Assembly: GCA_051252135.1 (NCBI GenBank)
Contig: JBPOGH010000003.1
Span: 96,001-160,000 of the forward strand
Reading direction: 5' to 3'
DNA length: 64,000 nt
Source: Verrucomicrobiaceae bacterium
GTDB taxonomy: Bacteria > Verrucomicrobiota > Verrucomicrobiia > Verrucomicrobiales > Akkermansiaceae
Part shown: positions 40,890 through 50,966 of the stretch, piece by piece
How the letters are laid out: each line of letters starts with the position of its first letter
Position numbering within the stretch: position 1 is the stretch's first letter
Program-made: the position numbers and the translations under genes
Notes under the pieces: model-generated
What the model saw: only the letters and a program-made list of their open reading frames with translations
What the model was told of the DNA's origin: nothing
Databases searched by the model: none

Positions 40890-40893
40890 CTCG

Positions 40894-43800
40894 ATGGACC
40901 CTCTTAAAAAACATCCCTTCATCAGCTGGTTCGCCGCCAATCCGGTCGTCGCGAACATCCTGATGTACTCCATCCTCGCCGCCGGCATCTTCACCGCCTT
41001 CAACGTCCGCAAGGAAGGCTTCCCCTCTTTCGAGGCAAACTCCGTCACCGTCCGCGTCCCCATCCGTGGCGGCACCCCGGAGGACGTCGAGCGCGGCATC
41101 GCCATCCGCATCGAGGAATCACTCCAAACCGTCGATGGCGTCCACCACATCTCATCCGTCAGCAATGAGAACTCCGCCACCGTCACCATCGAGGCCAAGG
41201 AAAATTACCCCATCCGCAAACTCTTGGATGACGTCAAGGTCCAGGTCGATGCCATCCAGGCCTTCCCCGAACAGGCCGAAAAACCCGTCATCACCGAGAA
41301 CAAACGCCAACGCCAGGTCCTCTGGATCGAGCTCTACGGCGACGCCCCCGAAGCCGTCCGTAAAGAAGAAGCCCGCCGCCTCCGCGACGCCCTCCTCCGC
41401 CAACCCGCCATCTCCCAGGTAGAGACCTTCGGCGCGCGGGACTACGAGATCTCCATCGAGCCGTCCGAGGACAAACTCCGCCAATTCGATCTCACCTTCG
41501 CCGAGGTCGCCCAGGCCGTCTCTAACAACTCCCTCGATCTCGGTGGCGGCGTCGTCCGGGCTGACAGCGGTGACATCTCTCTCCGCTCCAAGGACCAAGC
41601 CTACCGCAAGCGCGACTTCGAGGAAATCCCCCTCCGCACCAATCCCGATGGCACCCGCATCCTCCTCCGCGATGTCGCCGGGGTCCGCGACGCCTTCATC
41701 GACCAAAAAACCCTCAACCGCTTCCGTGGCCAACCCACCACCAGCCTCAAAATCACCACCGAGGGAAATGACGATCTCATCGAAGCCTCGGACCAGGGCA
41801 AACAAGTCGTCGAGGAATACCGCGACCTCCCCAACGGCCTCCACCTCGCCAGCTGGCTCGATGGCTCCACCGACATCCGCGACCGCCTCGCCCTCCTCGG
41901 GCGCAATGGTATCCTCGGCGTCCTCCTCGTCCTCGGCATCCTCATGCTCTTCCTCAACCTGCGCCTCGCCTTCTGGGTCGCCATCGGCATCCCCGTCTCC
42001 CTCGCCGGCGCCGTCACCCTCTTCCCCATCCCCGGCCTCGATATGTCGGTCAATCTCATCTCCGCTTTCGGCTTCCTCGTCGTCCTCGGCATCGTGGTCG
42101 ATGACGCCATCGTCATCGGCGAGTCCATCTTCTCCGAGAAACAAAACGCCCCCCTCACCACCGATCCCGATTCCCACCTCCGCACCACCGTCGTCGGCGT
42201 CAGCAAGGTCGTCGTCCCCGCCACCTTCGGCGTCGTCACCACCATCGCCGCCTTCCTCCCCCTCACCCAGGTCAGCGGAAACATGGGCAATGTCTTCGGC
42301 CAGATCGCCACCACCGTCGTCTTCTGCCTCGCCTTCTCCCTCCTCGAATCAAAAATCATCCTCCCCGCCCACCTCGCCCACATCAACGTCCACCGCGAAC
42401 CCAAAAACCCCGTCTCCCGCTCCTGGGCCCGCTTCCAAAAAGCCATCAACGACCTCCTCAACAGTTTCATCGAACGCGTCTACCTCCCCGTCATCCGCTT
42501 CCTCATCCCCTGGCGCTACGCCACCCTCGCCACCTTCGTCGCCATCTTCATCGTCGTCGTCGGACTCTTCCCCTCCGGAAAAATCCGCTTCGTCTTCTTC
42601 CCCAGCGTCTTTAACGACTACGCCTCCGTCTACCTCGTCCTCGAACAAGGACAGTCCGTCGACTACCTCCACCAACAGGCCGGGCGCATCGCCGCCGCCA
42701 CCGAAAACCTCGGCCGCAAATATCAGGACGAGTTCAATCACAACCCCTTCAAGGACGTTCAAATCTCCGCCAGCACCAATGAGGCCGCCGCCATCAATGC
42801 CGAGCTCACCCGCTCCACCGAGCGCGACTTCCTCCCCGCCGAGGTCATCATCAGGGACTGGCGCAAAGCCATCGGCAGCGTCGCCGGAGCCCGCTCCCTC
42901 TCCTTCCGCGCCACCGCCGGACCTCCCGGAGGCGACTTCCAGGTCAACCTCGAAAGCGAAAACCTCGAAGAGCTCAAGGTCGCCGCCGAAGAGTTGAAAA
43001 AAGTCATCGAAACCTTCCCCGGCGTCTTCGATGTCAACGACTCCTTCAACTCCGGTCGCCCCGAAATCCGCTACTCCATCACCCCCGAGGGACAAGCCGC
43101 CAATCTCACCAAGCGCGACCTCGCCGTCGGCGTCCGTGACGCCTTCTACGGCCGCGAGGCCCAACGCGTCCAGCGCGGGCGCGAAGAAGTCCGCGTCATG
43201 GTCCGCTACCCCCTCGACCAACGCAGCTCCCTCGAAACCCTCCGCAACATGCGCATCCGCAAGGGCGACGGCTCCACCATCCCCTTCTCCGTCGTCGCCG
43301 ACACCGAATACTCCGCCTCCCTCGCCTCCATCGAGCGCTTCGATAACAAGCGCGTCGTCACCGTCTCCGCCTCCATCGATAAAGCCACCTCCTCCCCTGG
43401 CGATGTCAACGCCCGCCTCGCCCGGGAATTCTACCCCGGCATGAACGCCCGCCACCCCGGCATCTCCGTCGGCCAAAGCGGACAAGTCGAAGAGCGCGCC
43501 CGCTCCATGAAATCCCTCGTCACCGGATTCATCTTCTCCATCGTCTTCATCTACGTCCTCATCGCCATCCCCCTCCGCAGCTACCTCCAGCCCCTCATCA
43601 TCATGACCGTCATCCCCTTCGGCGTCATCGGAGCCATCCTCGGCCACTTCGTCATGGGCATCCCCGTCTCCATCCTCTCCCTCTTCGGCGTCCTCGCCCT
43701 CTCCGGCGTCGTCGTCAACGACTCCCTCGTCCTCGTCTGCCACATCAACGAACTCCGCAAAAGCCAAGGCCTCACCCTCAACCAGGCCTGCCGCCGCGCC

Positions 43801-44043
43801 GGAGCCGACCGCTTCCGCGCCATCCTCCTCACCTCCCTCACCACCTTCTTCGGCCTCGCTCCTCTCTTATTAGAAAAAGAAGTCCAGGCCCAGTTCCTCA
43901 AACCCATGGCCGCCTCCCTCGCCTTCGGCATCCTCTTCGCCACCATCATCACCCTCTTCCTCCTCCCCATCCTCCTCCTCATCTTCCGCGACATCCGCAA
44001 CGCCACCCGCCGCTACCTCGGCCGCCCCCCTCTCGTCGACTAA
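40894..44043 (+). CDS. RND efflux permease
   Basis: 1049 aa, two-fold repeat, GIVVDDAIV.GE, GVVVNDSLV, RFRAI.LTS.TT. Confidence 0.95.
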   Translation: MDPLKKHPFISWFAANPVVANILMYSILAAGIFTAFNVRKEGFPSFEANSVTVRVPIRGGTPEDVERGIAIRIEESLQTVDGVHHISSVSNENSATVTIEAKENYPIRKLLDDVKVQVDAIQAFPEQAEKPVITENKRQRQVLWIELYGDAPEAVRKEEARRLRDALLRQPAISQVETFGARDYEISIEPSEDKLRQFDLTFAEVAQAVSNNSLDLGGGVVRADSGDISLRSKDQAYRKRDFEEIPLRTNPDGTRILLRDVAGVRDAFIDQKTLNRFRGQPTTSLKITTEGNDDLIEASDQGKQVVEEYRDLPNGLHLASWLDGSTDIRDRLALLGRNGILGVLLVLGILMLFLNLRLAFWVAIGIPVSLAGAVTLFPIPGLDMSVNLISAFGFLVVLGIVVDDAIVIGESIFSEKQNAPLTTDPDSHLRTTVVGVSKVVVPATFGVVTTIAAFLPLTQVSGNMGNVFGQIATTVVFCLAFSLLESKIILPAHLAHINVHREPKNPVSRSWARFQKAINDLLNSFIERVYLPVIRFLIPWRYATLATFVAIFIVVVGLFPSGKIRFVFFPSVFNDYASVYLVLEQGQSVDYLHQQAGRIAAATENLGRKYQDEFNHNPFKDVQISASTNEAAAINAELTRSTERDFLPAEVIIRDWRKAIGSVAGARSLSFRATAGPPGGDFQVNLESENLEELKVAAEELKKVIETFPGVFDVNDSFNSGRPEIRYSITPEGQAANLTKRDLAVGVRDAFYGREAQRVQRGREEVRVMVRYPLDQRSSLETLRNMRIRKGDGSTIPFSVVADTEYSASLASIERFDNKRVVTVSASIDKATSSPGDVNARLAREFYPGMNARHPGISVGQSGQVEERARSMKSLVTGFIFSIVFIYVLIAIPLRSYLQPLIIMTVIPFGVIGAILGHFVMGIPVSILSLFGVLALSGVVVNDSLVLVCHINELRKSQGLTLNQACRRAGADRFRAILLTSLTTFFGLAPLLLEKEVQAQFLKPMAASLAFGILFATIITLFLLPILLLIFRDIRNATRRYLGRPPLVD

Positions 44044-44400
44044 CCCGCCCCCAACCAAGCCCCGTCAACCAAGCCCCCTCCGTTCAAATCTAAATGTGAG
44101 ATGTTAAATGTTCAGTGTTCCTCCCCGCCCTCAACCAAGCCCCCCAACCAAGCTCCCTCCGTTCAAATCTAAATGTGAGATGTTAAATGTTCAGTGTTCC
44201 TCCCCGCCCCCAAACCAAGCCCCCTCAACCAAGCTCCCTCCGTTCAAATCTAAATGTTAGATGTTAAATGTTCAGTGTTCCTCCCCGCCCCCAAACCAAG
44301 CCCCCCAAACCAAGCCCCCTCCGTTCAAATTTAAATGTTAGATGTTAAGTGTTCCTCCCCGCCCTCAACCAAGCCTTCAACATTCAGAGTTCAAAGTTCA
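44044..44400 (+). repeat. Four tandem ~80-bp repeats
   Basis: CTCCGTTCAAAT anchors at 44078, 44157, 44238 and 44319; each unit has two AACCAAG and a ATGTTAA/ATGTTCA 7-bp tract; no unique spacers. Confidence 0.92.
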
Positions 44401-44408
44401 ACCCCCCC

Positions 44409-45188
44409 ATGACCCTCCTCATCCTCAACTCCCTCATCCACTCCTCTCCCCTCATCACCCACCTCCCCGAAGCCTCCTCTTTCCCCCACCACTCCCTCAG
44501 CCTCCCCACTGAGCCCCCCGACCTCAACCTCCAACAAAAACTCGGCCACCTCTACGAAGACGCCCTCGCCCTCCTCCTCAACGCCTCTCCCCGCTTCGAC
44601 CTCCTCGCCCAAAACCTCCAGATCCAAAAAGACGCCCACACCACCCTCGGCGAGCTCGACTTCCTCCTCCGCGACACCTCCACCGGCCAACTCATCCACC
44701 TCGAGCTCGCCACCAAATTCTACCTCGCCGTTGACGATGAACTCCCCGGCCCCGACGCCCGCGATAACTACTTCAAAAAGCTCTCCCGCCTCCGCACCCA
44801 CCAACTCACCCTCGCCCAAAAACACCGCGACCACCTCCCTCCCGAATTCCGCGACGAGCCCATCATCACCCAACAACTCATCCACGGCTGCCTCTTCGAT
44901 CACCTCTCCGCCCCCACTCCCGCCACCCCCGAGCTCCTCAACCCCACCTGCCGCCGCGGCAAATGGCTCACCATCGACCAACTCCCCCACCACTTCCCCC
45001 CCGACACCACCTACCACCTCATCCCCAAACCCCTCTGGCCCGTCCCCCTCGACCTTCTAACAGACACCCCCCTCGACCCCTGGTCCCCCCCGGAAAAAAT
45101 CGACCGCTGCCTGATGGTCCGCGCCTCCCATCACCAAGAACCCTACTTCATCACCCCATCAAATTACCCCAACCAAGAAAACTCTTAG
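44409..45188 (+). CDS. DUF1853-family protein (predicted PD-(D/E)XK nuclease fold)
   Basis: KLG.LYE, NLQI....TLGELDFL, HLELATKFYL, GP..RD...K, HQL. Confidence 0.85.
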   Translation: MTLLILNSLIHSSPLITHLPEASSFPHHSLSLPTEPPDLNLQQKLGHLYEDALALLLNASPRFDLLAQNLQIQKDAHTTLGELDFLLRDTSTGQLIHLELATKFYLAVDDELPGPDARDNYFKKLSRLRTHQLTLAQKHRDHLPPEFRDEPIITQQLIHGCLFDHLSAPTPATPELLNPTCRRGKWLTIDQLPHHFPPDTTYHLIPKPLWPVPLDLLTDTPLDPWSPPEKIDRCLMVRASHHQEPYFITPSNYPNQENS

Positions 45189-45218
45189 CTCTCAGCTAAA
45201 AGCTCCAAACTATCCAAA

Positions 45219-45656
45219 ATGAAAGACCTCGCCCCCGTCCTCGGATTCCTCATCGCCTTCCCCCTCTTCTGGTGCTTCGTCTGCTGGCTCCTTTCCCGCC
45301 TCGGCGGTTGGAAAAAAGTCGCCAAGCGCTACCCCCGCAAGCACCTTCCCAAAGGCCAAAAATTCTCCATGCAAAGCATGTCCTTCGGCCTCAGCAACTA
45401 CAACAGCTGCCTCACCGTCCACGCCTCTGATGAGGGCATCGACATCGCCGTCTGGCCCCTCTTCGCCTGCGGCCATCCCCCCATCTTCCTCCCCTGGTCC
45501 GCCATCGGCACCCCCCGCGAAAAACGCATCCTCTGGTTCACCTCCTACCTCATCCAAATCGACTCCCCACCCATCGCCAAAATCTCCATCCCAAAACGCT
45601 CCTTCATCGCCTACCAATCATCCCTCCCTGGACCACCACCCATTCCAAACGAGTAA
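45219..45656 (+). CDS. Hypothetical membrane-anchored protein
   Basis: N-terminal TM, GGW..VA.RY, HPP.FLPW. Confidence 0.72.
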   Translation: MKDLAPVLGFLIAFPLFWCFVCWLLSRLGGWKKVAKRYPRKHLPKGQKFSMQSMSFGLSNYNSCLTVHASDEGIDIAVWPLFACGHPPIFLPWSAIGTPREKRILWFTSYLIQIDSPPIAKISIPKRSFIAYQSSLPGPPPIPNE

Positions 45657-45657
45657 A

Positions 45658-46110
45658 TCACTCACCCAAATCCGAAACCACAAAACTCCCCTCAAACTCC
45701 CCCACCACTTCCCCCTCACAAAGCAGCTCGCTCCCAAGCGTAATCCGCCCCACCCCCTTGCGCTTGAGACACTTGATCAACCATTCCCAATCCTTCTCTT
45801 CCTTCAGCGCACACCTCGCCTGAAACTCCCCCAACACCGGCTTGAGATATTCCATCGAGTTCCGCTGAATCACAATCCGCGGCCGAATCTCCGCATGATT
45901 CCGCAACCGGCAGTGGATAAACGACCACGCCGAAAGAATACACAGCGCCGAAGCACTCCCCCCAAACACCGTCTCGCGGTGATTGATATTCGGCCCAATC
46001 GGCGCGCTCAAGGTCAGCGACTCATCACTCGCGCCCACCACCTCAACCTCCATCGCCTTCGTCAGCGGGATATGATCATAAAGATACTGCTTTAAGGAAT
46101 CCTCACTCAT
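45658..46110 (-). CDS. YiiD C-terminal-type hotdog thioesterase
   Basis: IPL..AM, AP..PN.NH..T.FGGS, Y.KP. Confidence 0.88.
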   Translation of the reverse strand: MSEDSLKQYLYDHIPLTKAMEVEVVGASDESLTLSAPIGPNINHRETVFGGSASALCILSAWSFIHCRLRNHAEIRPRIVIQRNSMEYLKPVLGEFQARCALKEEKDWEWLIKCLKRKGVGRITLGSELLCEGEVVGEFEGSFVVSDLGE

Positions 46111-47438
46111 ACCCCGACCTCCCGTCTCTTATCTTGCCACTCTCCCCCTTCAAACTTCAACTCATCCGTCACACAATCCAGCCGGTCTTCCGGCTCATGC
46201 GTGATGTAAAGAAGCTGAGTCAACCCCGTCCCCACAATCCGGTCAATCACTTGCAAAACAAGAGCCCGATTCAGCGGATCAAGCCCCTGGCACGGCTCAT
46301 CGAGAATCAACAAAATCGGCTGCTTCACCAAGGCCCGCGCAATGAGAAGCAAACGCTGCTGCCCATAACTCAGCGACCGAAAAGGCCGATTCCGCCACTC
46401 GCTCATTCCGATCACTTCCAGCCACTCTTCCGCCACCCTCACCTGCTCTGGCTCCGGCTTCCGGTACAGCCCCACACTGTCAAAAAATCCCGACACAATC
46501 ACTGTCACCGCCGTCGTGCTCACCCGGTGCTGCTGATGAATCGTCGGCGACACAATCCCGATGTGACTCTTCACATCCCAAATCGTCTCCCCGCTCCCCC
46601 GCCGCATTCCCAGCACCGTGACATCATTCGAATAACACTGCGTATGATCTCCCGTAACGAGGTTCACCAAAGTCGATTTCCCACACCCGTTTGGCCCCGT
46701 AATCTTCCAGTTCTGTCCGGCCTCCACCGTCCAATCGAGCTGTGAAATTATTTCCCGCCCCCCATGAACCACCGTGACATCCCTCATCACCACCAAAGCC
46801 CCTTCATAACCAACTCGCTCTTCTCCCTTTGGCAAAACCACCGGCGTCTCGGCCAGCCCGGTCAGCTGTCGAAAAACCTCATGCTCCGCCACCTCCTCCC
46901 GATCACCTGCCAACAGACACTCTCCTTCATCCACCAAGGCCAGATGACTCACCAGCCCATCCAAATCACTCAGCCGGTTCGCCACCACAATCAACTCCCG
47001 CCCTTCCAAAAGCTCCCTCAACGGCTCCCGAAACGCCTGATCCAAGCCATCAAATGGCTCGTCCAACACCAACCTCCCCGGACTCTCCACCAAGGCCCGA
47101 GCCAACATCAACCGACGTCTCTCCCCCGTCGATAAGGTCCGAAACCCCTGATCGATAATCGTCTTCAATCCCAGCGACTCCGCCAGCTCTTCGAGCTCTC
47201 CCTCCTTCGGCCCAACCTCCTCAATCAACTCACGCACCGTCCGGCCAAAGTCGACCTGATCCATAAACTCGGAGTCATCTTCCCGAATCTCCCGCTCTAG
47301 CAAGGCATCCTCGGTCTCAAAGGAAACCAAGGCCGCGCCCAGTTCTTCCGCCAGCCGCGCCGCGACCGTGGATTTCCCCGAGCCATTGCGCCCGACAATC
47401 CCCCAGTTCTCACCGGGCCGAATGGTGATCAGGCTCAC
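46107..47438 (-). CDS. modF: Dual-domain ABC ATPase, ModF-like
   Basis: GRNGSGKS / LSTGE / LDEPFDGLD, then GPNGCGKSTL, RRGSGETIW.VK, LSYGQQR. Confidence 0.82.
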   Translation of the reverse strand: MSLITIRPGENWGIVGRNGSGKSTVAARLAEELGAALVSFETEDALLEREIREDDSEFMDQVDFGRTVRELIEEVGPKEGELEELAESLGLKTIIDQGFRTLSTGERRRLMLARALVESPGRLVLDEPFDGLDQAFREPLRELLEGRELIVVANRLSDLDGLVSHLALVDEGECLLAGDREEVAEHEVFRQLTGLAETPVVLPKGEERVGYEGALVVMRDVTVVHGGREIISQLDWTVEAGQNWKITGPNGCGKSTLVNLVTGDHTQCYSNDVTVLGMRRGSGETIWDVKSHIGIVSPTIHQQHRVSTTAVTVIVSGFFDSVGLYRKPEPEQVRVAEEWLEVIGMSEWRNRPFRSLSYGQQRLLLIARALVKQPILLILDEPCQGLDPLNRALVLQVIDRIVGTGLTQLLYITHEPEDRLDCVTDELKFEGGEWQDKRREVGV

Positions 47439-48682
47439 GAGAATTTCGACACCAGCAACGAAGCATTGTGTCCCCCAAACCCGAACGAGTTGCTCAGAGC
47501 CGAAGTCACTTCCACTTCCCGCGCCGTGTTCGCACAGTAGTCCAACTCACAAGCCGGATCCTGATCCTCCAGGTTGATCGTCGGAGGAATCACCCCGTCC
47601 CGAAGCGCCATCAGGCAGGCCAAAATCTCCACCCCGCCGGCCGCACCAAGCAAGTGACCGGTCATCGACTTCGTCGAACTCACCACCAGACCCTCCTTGG
47701 CCCAGCTGCCAAAGGACTTCTGAATCGCCTTCGATTCACAAACATCACCCTGCGGCGTCGAGGTTCCGTGCGCATTCACATACTGCACATCCTCGGGATT
47801 TAGCTTCGCGTGCTTCAGAGCCATGTCCATGCAACGCGCCGCTCCCGCACCTTCCGGATGGGGAGAGGTCAAATGATACGCATCCGCACTCAGTCCGTAA
47901 CCCGTCAGTTCCGCCAAAATATTCGCCCCCCGCTTCTTCGCATGCTCCAGTTCCTCAATCACGAGAACACCGGCACCCTCACCCATCACAAAACCATCAC
48001 GACCCACATCGAAAGGACGTGACGCCGCTGTCGGATCATCATTGCGCGTCGAAAGCGCCTTCATATTCATGAAGCCCGCCAGTCCCATCGGACGAATCGA
48101 GGCCTCCGCGCCACCCGCCACAAAGGCATCGGCATCGCCAAATTTAATCATCCGCCACGCTTCCCCAATCGAATGGTTCGCCGTCGCACACGCCGTCACA
48201 ATCGCCATGTTCGGCCCACCAAATCCATACTCCATCGAGAACACGCCGCTCGCGATGTTTGAAATCATCATCGGAATCGTAAAGGGCGACACCCGACTCG
48301 GACTCTTCTGCAAAAGCGCCGTGTGATTGTCCTCCAGCGTTCCCAGACCACCAATCCCGCTGCCCAGCATCACCCCCACACGGTTGCGATCAATCTCAGC
48401 CTCATCCAGCCCGGAATCATCGAGGGCCATCTTCGCCGCCGCAATCGCCAGATGCGCATAGCGGTCCATCCGGCGCGCATCCTTCGGGCTCTTAAAAAAG
48501 GGCTTGGGGTCAAAATCCTTCACCTCCCCCGCAATCTTCACATCATAATCCGTCGTATCCATCGACGTGATCAGCCCAATGCCACTGCGACCGTTTTTCA
48601 TCCCGTCCCACGTGGAGACAGCATCATTTCCGAGAGGGCTCAGGGCACCAAGGCCAGTAATAACTACGCGACGATTATCCAT
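47435..48682 (-). CDS. fabF: Beta-ketoacyl-ACP synthase II
   Basis: RRVVITGLG, TACAT, NAHGTST, KSMTGHLLGAAG, NSFGFGGHN. Confidence 0.97.
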   Translation of the reverse strand: MDNRRVVITGLGALSPLGNDAVSTWDGMKNGRSGIGLITSMDTTDYDVKIAGEVKDFDPKPFFKSPKDARRMDRYAHLAIAAAKMALDDSGLDEAEIDRNRVGVMLGSGIGGLGTLEDNHTALLQKSPSRVSPFTIPMMISNIASGVFSMEYGFGGPNMAIVTACATANHSIGEAWRMIKFGDADAFVAGGAEASIRPMGLAGFMNMKALSTRNDDPTAASRPFDVGRDGFVMGEGAGVLVIEELEHAKKRGANILAELTGYGLSADAYHLTSPHPEGAGAARCMDMALKHAKLNPEDVQYVNAHGTSTPQGDVCESKAIQKSFGSWAKEGLVVSSTKSMTGHLLGAAGGVEILACLMALRDGVIPPTINLEDQDPACELDYCANTAREVEVTSALSNSFGFGGHNASLLVSKFS

Positions 48683-48747
48683 AACTCGTGAAGGTCCCTA
48701 AGACCTAGGCCGAATATCGAAGAAAGGCAAGCGAAGGCAACGACAGT

Positions 48748-48990
48748 CTAGCCCAACCGATGATGCCCCTTCCGGTGGTTGGTCGCGTCACACTCGGGGC
48801 ACTGCGACAGCCGAACGCTCGGCTTCTCGGGGTAGCGCCGCCCGCAAAGATGACACTCCCGAATCTTCCGCGCCGCCCGATATCGCGCAAATCGATCCCC
48901 CAACCGCACAAAAAGAAAATCCAAAAACACCCACGCAAAGGCCAGCAACACCAACCCCAAAAACAGATGCGTCACACTATCAATCGTCAT
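48748..48990 (-). CDS. Small TM + zinc-ribbon protein
   Basis: ATGA overlap with the upstream gene; TM, then CHLC..CPEC. Confidence 0.75.
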   Translation of the reverse strand: MTIDSVTHLFLGLVLLAFAWVFLDFLFVRLGDRFARYRAARKIRECHLCGRRYPEKPSVRLSQCPECDATNHRKGHHRLG

Positions 48991-49751
48991 TTCACACTCC
49001 GATCTACCGCCGTCGCTTCCAAAATCCACCACCTCATCTCCCCATCCTCACCCACCCCCGGAAAATCCGCCCTCTCCAGACGCTCCCCGATCGGCCCCGC
49101 TGTCATCTCCCTATGCCCCGCAAGCGGTAAAAACGAAATCACCCGCCCCCGCCAATCCAGCCCCACCTGATAAGTCCAACGCTCTCCCGGACTCAAAAGA
49201 TCCACCTCGCCATCCCACCGCCACATCACCGGCTTCCACTCTCCCTCACCGTCAATCTTCACCGCCTCAATCCACCATTCCGGCTTCCGCGCCCTCACCT
49301 CGGGCAAAGGAACCTTCTTCACCGGCGGCAAAAATCCCGGACCCATCCCCGGCAGCCCCCTCAATGGCTCGGGCTTCGGCTCGGCATCAATTTTCACCAA
49401 AGTCGGCCGATAATTCCGCAGCGATACCTCAGCCAGCCGCTCCTCAATGTAATCATCCAAAGCCGCATTCTCATTCACATCCCAGCGGTCGGAATAAGGC
49501 GAGGCACGATCCACGATCTCCGAAAGCCACCGGTTCGCATCCTGATCCAAATCCACCACATGCAACTCCGTCGCCTTGTCCGGTAGCGGCGCCGGAGGAA
49601 TCGGCCGCACCTGCACATACGCCAACAACCCGCCCCAAAACACCGTCGACACCGCCGCCCCAAGCATCAACCGCCCAAACGATCCCTGGGGCAGGTGCCA
49701 GTGAAAATGAAGCCCGGCTTCACGGTCACGACGAAGTTTCTTGCGGCTCAT
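48987..49751 (-). CDS. Hypothetical membrane-anchored Pro-rich protein (TonB-like position)
   Basis: Single N-terminal TM, Pro-rich segments, directly after exbD. Confidence 0.65.
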   Translation of the reverse strand: MSRKKLRRDREAGLHFHWHLPQGSFGRLMLGAAVSTVFWGGLLAYVQVRPIPPAPLPDKATELHVVDLDQDANRWLSEIVDRASPYSDRWDVNENAALDDYIEERLAEVSLRNYRPTLVKIDAEPKPEPLRGLPGMGPGFLPPVKKVPLPEVRARKPEWWIEAVKIDGEGEWKPVMWRWDGEVDLLSPGERWTYQVGLDWRGRVISFLPLAGHREMTAGPIGERLERADFPGVGEDGEMRWWILEATAVDRSVK

Positions 49752-49769
49752 CAGTCAAAATATTCTCCA

Positions 49770-50198
49770 TTAAGGTGCCCCAATCTCGCTCGTCCGCACC
49801 GCCAACTGGCACCGAAATCCCAACCGCCGGCACAAATCCACCACCTCCTGCTGCAGCGCCACCGTAGCCTCCTGATCCATCTTCACCACCACCAGACTCG
49901 TCGCCTGACTCTCCGCCGCCTCCATGATCGCTCCCTCCAGCCCCTCCCGCTCCACCGGCTGACGGTTGATGTAAAAGGACGACCCCGCTGCCCGATGCTT
50001 CACAATCACCACCACCGGCGACTCATCACCCAGCCGCGACCCGCGGAACTCCGAGGTCGGCAGCGAAACTTCAATAAACGTCTCCTTCTGCACCACCCCC
50101 GTCAACATCACCAGAGCCAGAATCAACCCCATAAAATCAACCCCCGGCACGACAAAAATCCAACCCGGTCGCTCGGGAACGGACATCGCCAGCTTCAT
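49770..50198 (-). CDS. exbD: ExbD/TolR family protein
   Basis: P.VD TM motif, V.LP, V.KMD......V.VVD. Confidence 0.82.
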   Translation of the reverse strand: MKLAMSVPERPGWIFVVPGVDFMGLILALVMLTGVVQKETFIEVSLPTSEFRGSRLGDESPVVVIVKHRAAGSSFYINRQPVEREGLEGAIMEAAESQATSLVVVKMDQEATVALQQEVVDLCRRLGFRCQLAVRTSEIGAP

Positions 50199-50932
50199 GA
50201 ACTCTTCGAAGTAGTGGACGATTTCTTACCCGACGCCTTCTCACCCTCACCCCGGCCATCCCGCTCATCACGAAACGACACAATCCGATCGTGCTCTCGC
50301 CCGTCACACACAATGTTCACCGTCTCAATCCCCGCCCGCTCCAACCGATGCATCAGCCGCTTCGCCTTCCCGTAAAGATACACATAAAAAAGATACGCCG
50401 GGATCGCGATCGCCAAACCCAACGCAGTCGAGGCCAACGCATGATACAACCCCTTCGCCAGGACCGTCTGCGCCACCGCACTCTCCGCACTCCCGATCTG
50501 GTGAAACACCTCAATCAGCCCCAGCACCGTCCCAAACATCCCCAGCAGCGGCGCCAAAAATGCCACCCCCAACAAAATCCGTAAATTCTTCTCAATCCGC
50601 GGCATCTCAAGCTGCCCCGCCTCCTGCGCCACCTCCCGCAGATTCGTCCGCTCCAGATGGTGCCGCTGCAACACCGCATGCACAATCCGCGCCTCCGGCC
50701 CGCGACACCTCGATGACGCATGCAACGCCTCCGCATACGCCTTGTTCCTCACATGATTCGTAATCCCCAGCAGCAAATCGGCACACTTCCCGCGCGTGTG
50801 CTGAAAGTAAATCATCCGCTCCACCATCACCATCAGACCCACAAAACCCAGCGCCGCCTGCAACCACAGGACAACTCCGCCGGATTCCGTCAAAACATTC
50901 ACTGCCAAGGACCCTAGCAGCAGATCCCGCAA
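50195..50932 (-). CDS. exbB: MotA/TolQ/ExbB proton channel protein
   Basis: APLLGMFGTV.GLI, G...AL.STA.GL.IAIP. Confidence 0.9.
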   Translation of the reverse strand: MRDLLLGSLAVNVLTESGGVVLWLQAALGFVGLMVMVERMIYFQHTRGKCADLLLGITNHVRNKAYAEALHASSRCRGPEARIVHAVLQRHHLERTNLREVAQEAGQLEMPRIEKNLRILLGVAFLAPLLGMFGTVLGLIEVFHQIGSAESAVAQTVLAKGLYHALASTALGLAIAIPAYLFYVYLYGKAKRLMHRLERAGIETVNIVCDGREHDRIVSFRDERDGRGEGEKASGKKSSTTSKSS

Positions 50933-50966
50933 CTTAAAAGGTGAGAATTAAAAGCTCCCCCCAATT

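Noticed and set aside
41152..43767. Long antisense and alternative-frame ORFs over the RND permease (and similar ones over GH2, DUF1592 and leuC)
   Set aside because: Expected by-products of the extreme codon skew, with no recognisable motifs.
44044..44400. CRISPR array
   Set aside because: The units are almost identical end to end with no unique spacers, and there are no cas genes in the window.
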